Below are positions 1-6,842 of a stretch of DNA of 33,188 nt, piece after piece. The notes under the pieces were generated by a model. It was given only the letters and a program-made list of their open reading frames with translations. It was not told the origin of the DNA and made no database searches. Source of the stretch: Tepidisphaeraceae bacterium (lineage in GTDB: Bacteria; Planctomycetota; Phycisphaerae; Tepidisphaerales; Tepidisphaeraceae); the NCBI GenBank assembly GCA_036265245.1, contig DATAPK010000624.1, forward strand, positions 1 through 33,188, read 5' to 3'. The number at the start of each line of letters is the position of its first letter. Positions within the stretch are counted from its first letter, which is position 1. The position numbers and the translations under genes were made by a program.

Positions 1-264
1 GGCGGCGATGAAGAAGATTTTGTCGGTGGAATCGCCCTTGAGCGGGGGAAATTGCCAGGTGGGGTATTTGAGTCCCGGGAAGGCGATGAGGAAGGCGAGA
101 GCGATGGCGAGGGGGGCAAGTGAAGCGATGGGGCGCAGGCGGGAGATTAACAGAATCACCAAAGCGATGATGGCGGGGAGGAGGATGGACCAGAGGATGT
201 CGTGGGGGGTGAACACGAGGTGTGAAGCGCGAAGATTTGTAGCCGCGACGTCTGCATCGCTCAT
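1..264 (-). CDS. Partial CDS (5' end only, continues past left edge): membrane protein of unknown function
   Basis: Absent from the ORF track because no stop lies in the window. Reverse-strand ATG at 264-262 is the first start after an in-frame TAG (297-295). My translation: MSDADVAATNLRASHLVFTPHDILWSILLPAIIALVILLISRLRPIASLAPLAIALAFLIAFPGLKYPTWQFPPLKGDSTDKIFFIAA. It has two hydrophobic helices and GC-rich third codon positions like its neighbours. Same strand as marR-yceI. Confidence 0.45.
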   Translation of the reverse strand, partial: MSDADVAATNLRASHLVFTPHDILWSILLPAIIALVILLISRLRPIASLAPLAIALAFLIAFPGLKYPTWQFPPLKGDSTDKIFFIAA

Positions 265-317
265 CAGTGGGAAGAGGCGACGCAGGCGTCGCGGCTACAG
301 TGTATAGCTCGCTAGTC

Positions 318-887
318 TTACTTCACACCTTCCAGGCTGATGGTGATGCGGACTTCGTCGCCGACGGCGCCTTGCATGGCGTTCATGCCGAAGTCGCTGC
401 GCTTGATGGTGAAGGTGCCTTCGTAGCCGATGCGATGGCCCATCTGGGGGGTGTCGGAAGTGCCGGTGTGGTCGAGGGTGACGGTGAGGGGCTTGGTTTG
501 GCCGTGGATGGTGATATTGCCGGTGACTTCGAGTTTGTTATCGCCGGCGGCTTTAACGGCGGTGCTTTTGAAGGTGAGGGTGGGGAATTCCTCGGCGGAG
601 AAGAAGGTGGGGCTTTTGAGGTGCGTATCGCGCTGGGCGTTGTTGGTGTCGACGTTTTTTACCTGGAGGGTGACGTCGAAGGCGGTTTTGGTGGGGTCGG
701 CTTCATCGACGTTGATGGTTCCTTCGGGGCCGTTGATTCGGCCGTAGAGGAAGCCGGCGCCGGCGTGCTGGATGCGGAAAAGGGCGGTGGAGTGCACGGG
801 ATCGACCTTGTAAGAATCGGCGGCGTGCACGACGGTAGCAAAGATCATCACGCCCAACAGCGCAGCCATAGCACGTTGAATCGACAT
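318..887 (-). CDS. YceI-family periplasmic lipid/polyisoprenoid-binding protein
   Basis: 189-aa ORF. ATG at 887 has a GGAG a few nt upstream on the coding strand. Signal peptide MSIQRAMAALLGVMIFATVVHA. The body shows YceI-like patterns (HSTALFRIQH, VDTNNAQRDTHLKSPTFF, FPTLTFKS). Confidence 0.88.
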   Translation of the reverse strand: MSIQRAMAALLGVMIFATVVHAADSYKVDPVHSTALFRIQHAGAGFLYGRINGPEGTINVDEADPTKTAFDVTLQVKNVDTNNAQRDTHLKSPTFFSAEEFPTLTFKSTAVKAAGDNKLEVTGNITIHGQTKPLTVTLDHTGTSDTPQMGHRIGYEGTFTIKRSDFGMNAMQGAVGDEVRITISLEGVK

Positions 888-918
888 AGGAATCTCCTTC
901 CAGAATGAGATTTGAAAT

Positions 919-1389
919 TTATTCGATCGTCTGCTCTCGAACCGACTCGAGGAGGCGGACGAGCAAGCTTAGGCGCTTCTCGCTGAGATGTCCAAGTTGG
1001 CGGCGATGGAGGGAGCGGACGGGTTCGTCGAGCTCTTTGAGGAGCTTGAGGCCGGTGGGGCTGACGCGGATGCGGATGACGCGGCGGTCTTGGCGCTCGC
1101 GGGCGCGGACGACGAGATCGCGGTCTTCGAGGCGGTCGAGGAGACGGGTCATGTCGGGGTCGCGGGTGATCATACGTTCGCCGATCTCGTGGCAGGCCAT
1201 CCCGACGGGGCCGGCAGTGCGGAGGATTCGGAGGACGTTGTATTGTGCGGGGGAGAGGGTGTCGTCTTTGAGGATTTCCTCGAGCTCGCGCATGAGCCAG
1301 TCGGCGTTGCGCTGGAGGCTCATGAAGACTTCCTGCTCGAGCAAGGGGGCTGGTTTGGTGAAGGACTTTTCGTCCTTGAGGCGAATCAT
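919..1389 (-). CDS. MarR-family transcriptional regulator
   Basis: 156-aa ORF with ATG at 1389. Winged-helix MarR pattern: LSPAQYNVLRIL, EIGERMITRDPDMTRLLDRLEDRDLVVRARERQDRRV. Lies 31 nt upstream of, and co-directional with, the YceI gene. Confidence 0.88.
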   Translation of the reverse strand: MIRLKDEKSFTKPAPLLEQEVFMSLQRNADWLMRELEEILKDDTLSPAQYNVLRILRTAGPVGMACHEIGERMITRDPDMTRLLDRLEDRDLVVRARERQDRRVIRIRVSPTGLKLLKELDEPVRSLHRRQLGHLSEKRLSLLVRLLESVREQTIE

Positions 1390-1712
1390 ACGAAGGAATT
1401 ATTTATACGTTCCAACAACTATTGTCAAGAGGATATCTGTTTGAACCACTTCTTGGGCGACAACGCCTCCGTATAAACCCTTGGCACTGATAGCGCGATT
1501 CGGGTTGACGATTCAATTGAAGATGAGAATCGAATCCTTTCGAATTCTGATTTTGCTCCCCGGCGAAACAAAGCATAGCAGGCGGAAGTCCAATAACAAA
1601 GGGGGATATCCTCATTTTACCAAAAGCCCCCAAATTAACAAAAGTAGGTCATTTCGACGGACGATACAAATACCAACGAGACGCAAATACCCCAGATCAA
1701 CAGGAGACGCAT

Positions 1713-2159
1713 ATGACGACACTCATCGAAAAAGCCCAGAAGAGCGCGACCAAGTCAGGTGCGGAGCGTCGGCAATATCGCCGGCACGACCTGGAGCGGC
1801 AGGGATTGCCGATCGATCGTTGGGATGGGGCACGCCGGGTGGGCAAGGCGTTCGGGCAGATCGTGGACATCTCGGCGGGCGGAGTGCGGATTCGCACGGA
1901 TCAGACCGACGTTCGGACGGATCATCAGATCCGGGTACGCCTGGAGTTGCCGGAGTTCGCGGGCATCAGCCCGTTTATCGATAACAGCAACAGCGATGGG
2001 ATGAAGCCCAAGCGTGAATGGGTGGGTTGGATGACGGTCACGCGAGTTGCGCCAACCGGCGGCAAGCAGGTGGAGGTTGCGGGGAAACTGGTGGATATGG
2101 ACGAGGTCGATCGAGGGATGCTGGGGTTGTATCTTTCGACGCAGCCGTTGGCTGCTTGA
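1713..2159 (+). CDS. Stand-alone PilZ-domain protein (predicted c-di-GMP receptor)
   Basis: 148-aa ORF. ATG at 1713 with AGGAG about 8 nt upstream. Both canonical PilZ motifs are present: RRxxxR (RRQYRRH) and DxSxxG (DISAGG). Confidence 0.85.
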   Translation: MTTLIEKAQKSATKSGAERRQYRRHDLERQGLPIDRWDGARRVGKAFGQIVDISAGGVRIRTDQTDVRTDHQIRVRLELPEFAGISPFIDNSNSDGMKPKREWVGWMTVTRVAPTGGKQVEVAGKLVDMDEVDRGMLGLYLSTQPLAA

Positions 2160-2179
2160 GCTTTGTAAGTTTGTGGGAA

Positions 2180-2197
2180 CCGCGAGCAAGCTCGCGG
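2180..2197 (+). terminator. GC-rich hairpin just after the PilZ stop (possible terminator, no T-tract)
   Basis: ccgcgagc-aa-gctcgcgg gives a 7-8 bp stem starting 21 nt after the TGA at 2157-2159. No U-run follows, so intrinsic-terminator status is uncertain. Confidence 0.3.
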
Positions 2198-2402
2198 CTA
2201 CACGAAGAGCAATTGAGAAGCCGCCGGTATGTGGGATCAATTTGTTTCGATCCCTGTGCCGGCGGTTTCTATTTGCGCGGAGGAGTGGGTGGGGATTGCG
2301 ACGGGCGCGTGATCGCTGCGGCAAGGCGGGGAAGGCAAACTGCAAAAGTTGGTCCACACCTCACGCATCGCAGTGCGCACGCAGCGAATCCTCACAATGT
2401 CA

Positions 2403-2967
2403 TTGGTTTGAAGCTTCAGCGGCGAGAGGCAGGGACCGTGAATCCAGCGGAAATTCGGTGTTGCGCGATTTTTTGGACGGTGTGCGCTTCGAAGCGGCGC
2501 AGGTGCGGAATGAAGCGGAACGCGCCCGCATAGCATCGCAGACGCGCATTGCGCTGCGGGCGCGTTGCGATGCGCTGTGTCGGGGGTGCGAAGCGCTCCG
2601 CATCAGGTGGCCAGCGCGGGGGACATTCACTTGAGCGCTGCGCACGCAACGCGCTCCCCTGCGGGCGCAATCGGGAAGCCTGCGGCACGAATCCGATTCC
2701 CTCTGCCGCGCGCCCGATTCAAAGCGTCCCGCATCGGCATTGCGTGCCAGTCTTCCGGCATCGAATGCGATGGTGCGCGATTGGAATCCGAGTTGCTCGG
2801 CTTCCAAGCCGATGCCCCGAACATTGAAGCGGGCGCGCCCGGCATCCAAGGCCCGTCGCTCGGCAGTGATGGCGACTGCTTCGGCATTGAATCTGAATGT
2901 CCGGGAATCGAAGCGGGGATGCGCGGGGCGGCGTGAAGGTGGGCGGGTTTCAAATCTTTTGGCCGGT
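2403..2967. repeat. GC-rich degenerate tandem array with 21-nt periodicity (array L), non-coding
   Basis: Ten consecutive 21-nt units read directly. 2716 gattcaaagcgtcccgcatcg, 2737 gcattgcgtgccagtcttccg, 2758 gcatcgaatgcgatggtgcgc, 2779 gattggaatccgagttgctcg, 2800 gcttccaagccgatgccccga. 2821 acattgaagcgggcgcgcccg, 2842 gcatccaaggcccgtcgctcg, 2863 gcagtgatggcgactgcttcg, 2884 gcattgaatctgaatgtccgg, 2905 gaatcgaagcggggatgcgcg. Further 21-nt-spaced pairs and triplets occur upstream: 2491/2512 gaagcgg, 2550/2571 tgcgctg, 2592/2613/2634 agcgc. Seven overlapping ORFs in different frames and strands cover it, typical of a stop-poor repeat rather than a gene. Confidence 0.7.
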
Positions 2968-3027
2968 GGGGGTTGGTGGGGCGGGGGTGAGGTTGAGGGC
3001 GTATGGGCCAAACTTTGGGCGTTAGAC

Positions 3028-5517
3028 ATGGGCGAGTATACTAGTGCATCTATGACGGAATCCGAAGCTATCGCGCTAGCCCTAGACGGCCAGGGTGTCC
3101 TCTTTTTGGGTTCAGGCTTCAGCCTTGGAGCGAAGACGGCGAAGCGGGAGGACGGACACGATGATATTCTGTCGGCGCCTGGATTTGCACGTTATCTCGG
3201 AAAGGCGGCAGGTATAGGCGAAGATGCGGGGCTAGAGGACGCATCTGATGAATTTGAACGGCTACGGGGTCCGGAGCAGCTTGTTGCGACGATAAAGCAA
3301 CACTTCATTGCAGCTGAAGTTGCTGCGTTTCACCGTACGATTTTATCGATACCTTGGAAGCGGATTTATACTACAAACTACGACAACGTAGCTGAGTTGG
3401 CTTCCGAGGACGAAAAGAAGGCGCTTAAGCCTTGTGGCGCTCGGGACGATTTCAACTCGTTACGAGGCGGGCCTACGCTCTCAATTCACCTGAACGGTTA
3501 TGCCCCGACGCTCCAGACGAGCGATCTGCGACGCGACTTCAAGTTAACAGAAGGTAGTTATGCGGCGGCGACGATCACGGATACGCCCGGAGTTGCATAT
3601 TTTCGTCAAGATATCCGCATGGCGGATGTCGTGATTTTTTTGGGCTACGGAATGTCTGACTTAGATATCAAGCGACTTCTAGCGGAGCATCCAGCCAGCA
3701 TTGCGAAGACTCTTTTCTTTGTCGGTAACAATCCGACTGCCGAATGCGATCGACGCGTTCGGCGTTACGGGACGCCGATCCACAGCACTGCGGAGGAATT
3801 CGCATCGGCCGTTTCAACGCAGAAAACGACCCATGTGCGATCGGCAAGTGCTGATCGGCTGCGTTACCTTGCCGAGTACGTTGCCAGCGGACCTCCTGCT
3901 ACAATTTCCGACTCCGATGTGATCAACCTGTTATTATGGGGAAAGCACACGACGGACCAGATTGCTGCGTCTATGGTCGGGGGAGTGCGTTATTATCAGG
4001 AAAGACCGGAGCTAAATAAGATTCTTGACTCGATTAGTGCCGGCAAACGCATGGTGGTACTTCACTCTCGCCTCGGTAATGGTAAGACGTTGCTAATCGA
4101 GGGTCTAAAGGTTCGCCTCAGGGAAATCGGCTATCGAGTGCTCCAAGCACGGGATGCCGATCCAAGTATTCAAAGGGAACTGGAAGCCGTTGCGCGTTCC
4201 GGAAAAAAAGTCGCGCTATTTTTCGAGCGGTATTCGACGTGGCTGAGCGAAATCGAGCTGTTTTGGAGAAATTGCGATCCCAGTTCGCTCGTTGTGGCAA
4301 CAGATCGCTCACACGCTCATGACTTTTTCTCGAACGAGCTTGAGCACTTTTGCGGAGAAGATTCAATTGTTGAATTCGCCTGCGATCGTATGCGCGACAA
4401 TGAAATTAGGTGGATAGTCAGCTTTCTCGATCAATATGGGCTCTGGGGGGAACTTGCTGGCGCAAAAACCTATGTGAAAGTGAAACACGTCGAGACAATG
4501 TGCCTCGGTCAATGGCATGGGGTGTTGTTGGAAATAATGAAATCGCCGGACATCGCCACGAGAATATCAAAGATTACAAGCCGCTTGCTCACAATTCGGC
4601 GAGATCAGGGCCCGATCTACGCAATCTTGATCCTCGCGGTGCTTGGTGAGCCTGCAACATATGACGTACTAACAGATTTGTATGACACAAGCACTATTAC
4701 CCGACGTAGCGTTGAAGCAGATCCTGCAATGTCGGAGTTATTCGAAGTTGACAGCTATGAGTGTCGTGTGCGTTCGGCTGTCGTGGCAAACTATATTCTT
4801 GCAGCCACTGACGACGGGGAATCGATTATTCAGACGCTTGTTCATATGGCAGAGCGATTCCATCGGCTTTCCGGTGTACGCCCGCTCTACAAGAAGCTAT
4901 CGATACAGCTATTACGCGTTAGCGTGGTTGCTCCGTTGTTTCCTGAAAAGCAGCCTAAGTTGAGCATATTGGATTATTATGAAAGATTGCGTGCCGCTAT
5001 TCCTTTCCAAAGAGAACCTCAATTTTGGCTGCAATATGCGATCGCAGCATTAGTATGTAAAGACTTAGAGCGCTCAAAGACGTATTTCGAAACAGCATAT
5101 TCGATTGGGGAAAGCATTCCAAATTACGACACGTTTAAGATAGATAATCATTACGTGCGTTATCTCATGGCAAAGGCGCAAGAAGTTGATAGTGTTGACG
5201 TGTTCTGGCCAATGTTCCTTGAGAGCTCTCGCATTATCGATCGTCAGATGCGTAAAGAGCGAGGCGATTTTCCGTTTAAGGTCGCGCGTGATCTACCTCT
5301 ACCCGTCAACCGATTCAAAACAGTTCTGAAGCCTCCACAAAAACGGACGATCATTGCCTTCGCCCGGCGCGTTCATGACCAAATAAAGGCGCTTCCAGGC
5401 TACCGGCAATCCAACAAATGGGTTCAGCATTGTAAGCGTTCTATGGAGGAAGTCATTGTGGTTTTGAGTGCAGACAACATCGAGCCAGAGAGCGACACAC
5501 CAAGTCTTGGTGAGTAA
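3028..5517 (+). CDS. SIR2_2-like domain + P-loop STAND-like NTPase + helical/TPR-like C-terminal region (Avs-like candidate defence protein), ~829 aa
   Basis: The track ORF 2740-5517 begins at a TTG inside the repeat array. The first ATGs are 3028 (MGEYTSAS) and 3052 (MTESEA). SIR2_2 hallmarks: GVLFLGSGFS, RIYTTNYD (3361-3384), IHLNGY with the candidate catalytic His codon at 3487-3489, and FLGYGMSDLDI. Walker A is LHSRLGNGKTLL (GNGKT at 4076-4090), with a Walker-B-like KVALFFE. The C-terminal ~430 aa is helical with TPR-like stretches (FWLQYAIAALVCKDLERSKTYFETAYSI). The gene is visibly more AT-rich than its flanks. Confidence 0.8.
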   Translation: MGEYTSASMTESEAIALALDGQGVLFLGSGFSLGAKTAKREDGHDDILSAPGFARYLGKAAGIGEDAGLEDASDEFERLRGPEQLVATIKQHFIAAEVAAFHRTILSIPWKRIYTTNYDNVAELASEDEKKALKPCGARDDFNSLRGGPTLSIHLNGYAPTLQTSDLRRDFKLTEGSYAAATITDTPGVAYFRQDIRMADVVIFLGYGMSDLDIKRLLAEHPASIAKTLFFVGNNPTAECDRRVRRYGTPIHSTAEEFASAVSTQKTTHVRSASADRLRYLAEYVASGPPATISDSDVINLLLWGKHTTDQIAASMVGGVRYYQERPELNKILDSISAGKRMVVLHSRLGNGKTLLIEGLKVRLREIGYRVLQARDADPSIQRELEAVARSGKKVALFFERYSTWLSEIELFWRNCDPSSLVVATDRSHAHDFFSNELEHFCGEDSIVEFACDRMRDNEIRWIVSFLDQYGLWGELAGAKTYVKVKHVETMCLGQWHGVLLEIMKSPDIATRISKITSRLLTIRRDQGPIYAILILAVLGEPATYDVLTDLYDTSTITRRSVEADPAMSELFEVDSYECRVRSAVVANYILAATDDGESIIQTLVHMAERFHRLSGVRPLYKKLSIQLLRVSVVAPLFPEKQPKLSILDYYERLRAAIPFQREPQFWLQYAIAALVCKDLERSKTYFETAYSIGESIPNYDTFKIDNHYVRYLMAKAQEVDSVDVFWPMFLESSRIIDRQMRKERGDFPFKVARDLPLPVNRFKTVLKPPQKRTIIAFARRVHDQIKALPGYRQSNKWVQHCKRSMEEVIVVLSADNIEPESDTPSLGE

Positions 5518-5694
5518 ACGCGATGTAGAATGGGCCATTTTCCAACATACTCGCCATCGCCATCCGCCAACCCCGCGCCGAGTTGATCCATCGTGGGATT
5601 AAGACCCTTCGATTTCACTCAGGGCAGGCAGTCGAGTACCCCATCGCGTCCGACACGGCTTCTCCCTGCATGATCTGTTGATGCGGACAGAATG

Positions 5695-6381
5695 TTACGA
5701 GCGTGGGCGTCGGCGGAGCAGGGAGGCGGCGAGCGCGATCGCGGCGAGGGAGGAGGGTTCTGGGACGGCCGGTGTAAGGGAGATGATGTTGTAGCGATGG
5801 GCGATGCCGGGCGGGTCGTTGTTCAATGCGCCAATCACGTTATTGTTCACCACGGTTTGCAGATCGTAGCCAACGCCGGGCACGAGGTTGAAGTTGGTTG
5901 AACCGGAGCCGGCGCCGTCCACGCGGGTTCCATCGAAAATCCAGAAACTGTTGCCCGAATTGACGCCGCCGCTTTCGATGACCGTGTTCGTCCATGCCAG
6001 CGTATACGTCTTGGGAGCATCGACCGAAAAGAGAAAATGCAGGCTCACTTGCGCTTCGGCGCCCTGAAATGCCGTGTTTTGATCCGCCCCAAAGGCTGCT
6101 TCCTCGGCGGACAGGAGGAGTTCATCGGTGCTGGGGTTGAAGTGGATATTGCCGACGGCTTCGGTGAGGCCGCCGTCGAGGGTGAGAGTAATGGATCGCT
6201 GGGTGTCGTTCAGATCGCCGATGGTTCCCTCGGTGAAGGTGGTGGCTCGCACGTCATTGATCACGGCTGTCGTGCCGGTGTCGATAATCGTCGCCCGCGA
6301 TGTCGCAGGCCAAACGCTTAAGACGCACACAAAGGCAATCGCGCAGAACCACCGCACACGTCCCATTTGCCCATTCAACAT
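5695..6381 (-). CDS. PEP-CTERM sorting-domain secreted protein
   Basis: 228-aa ORF with ATG at 6381 and an N-terminal signal sequence (RWFCAIAFVCVLSVWPATSRA). The C-terminus VPEPSSLAAIALAASLLRRRPRS is a PEP motif, a hydrophobic helix and an Arg-rich tail. Confidence 0.85.
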   Translation of the reverse strand: MLNGQMGRVRWFCAIAFVCVLSVWPATSRATIIDTGTTAVINDVRATTFTEGTIGDLNDTQRSITLTLDGGLTEAVGNIHFNPSTDELLLSAEEAAFGADQNTAFQGAEAQVSLHFLFSVDAPKTYTLAWTNTVIESGGVNSGNSFWIFDGTRVDGAGSGSTNFNLVPGVGYDLQTVVNNNVIGALNNDPPGIAHRYNIISLTPAVPEPSSLAAIALAASLLRRRPRS

Positions 6382-6580
6382 TGCACTTTCCCTTCTCCTG
6401 AATCACCACTTTGACATGCACCCGGCAAGGCGAGTGTAAGGTTTTGGCGGGGTGGATGGCAAGCGGATTGTGTATCGCATCGAGGGTCTAATAAGAGGTG
6501 GATTCTTGATGATATGGATCGATGCAGGCGTGGCGGCCGGACCTCGATTCTGAAAGATCGCGGAGCGAGTTGAGCGGGAA

Positions 6581-6740
6581 ATTAAGGAAGGACAAAAGAA
6601 AACAAGAAAGGGAGCGGCAAATTAAGCAGCGGAAAGACTAGTTAGCGAAGGATGCCGTGAATTAGCCAAGTAAGCGGCGAATTAGCGAAGGGTGTGGTGA
6701 ATTAGCGAGCGGGGCGGCGGATTTTCAAAGACTCCCGACC
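6581..6740. repeat. Eight tandem 20-bp units with conserved ATTAGCGAAG half (possible phased protein-binding sites)
   Basis: Units at exact 20-bp spacing. 6581 attaaggaag, 6601 aacaagaaag, 6621 attaagcagc, 6641 gttagcgaag, 6661 attagccaag, 6681 attagcgaag, 6701 attagcgagc, 6721 attttcaaag. Each is followed by 10 variable nt. The array lies in the divergent intergenic region between the starts at 6381 (-) and 6843 (+). Confidence 0.75.
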
Positions 6741-6842
6741 CATTTCCGCCTTCACGAAATCAAAGACATTTTAACGTCTGGAGAGGGGGAAAGAGGCACG
6801 TTACATTGAATCTTTCGCGTTTCGTCCGCCCTAGGATTCAAC

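Noticed and set aside
267-908. 213-aa Gly/Asp/Ala/Val-rich ORF on the plus strand (with 8-307 + and 430-747 +)
   Set aside because: It is an antisense shadow of the YceI gene and of the partial membrane-protein gene, with compositionally biased translation and no motifs.
1390-1712. Possible c-di-GMP riboswitch in the long leader of the PilZ gene
   Set aside because: I could not find the conserved GEMM-type helices or loops by eye. Without a covariance-model scan this cannot be supported.
2403-2967. CRISPR interpretation of the 21-nt and 20-nt arrays (also 6581-6740 and 28251-28565)
   Set aside because: The period is far too short for repeat plus spacer. There are no alternating unique spacers, the units are degenerate, and no cas genes are present.
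2740-3027. N-terminal 96-codon extension of the SIR2-STAND ORF in the track
   Set aside because: It begins at a TTG inside the repeat array and translates to repeat-derived low complexity. The recognisable SIR2 domain begins right after ATG 3028/3052.
2018-3029. Seven overlapping ORFs of 90-209 aa on both strands (for example 2047-2634 +, 2565-2936 +, 2400-3029 -), some reading as heptad repeats
   Set aside because: All frames are open at once only because the GC-rich 21-nt repeat lacks stop codons. The translations are Arg/Ala/Pro/Gly low complexity with no start context, so I treat the region as non-coding repeat.
5424-5618. Small minus-strand ORFs overlapping the 3' end of the SIR2-STAND gene (5299-5538, 5424-5618)
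   Set aside because: They overlap a well-supported gene and have no motifs or start context. The convergent intergenic region 5518-5694 shows no convincing gene or terminator.
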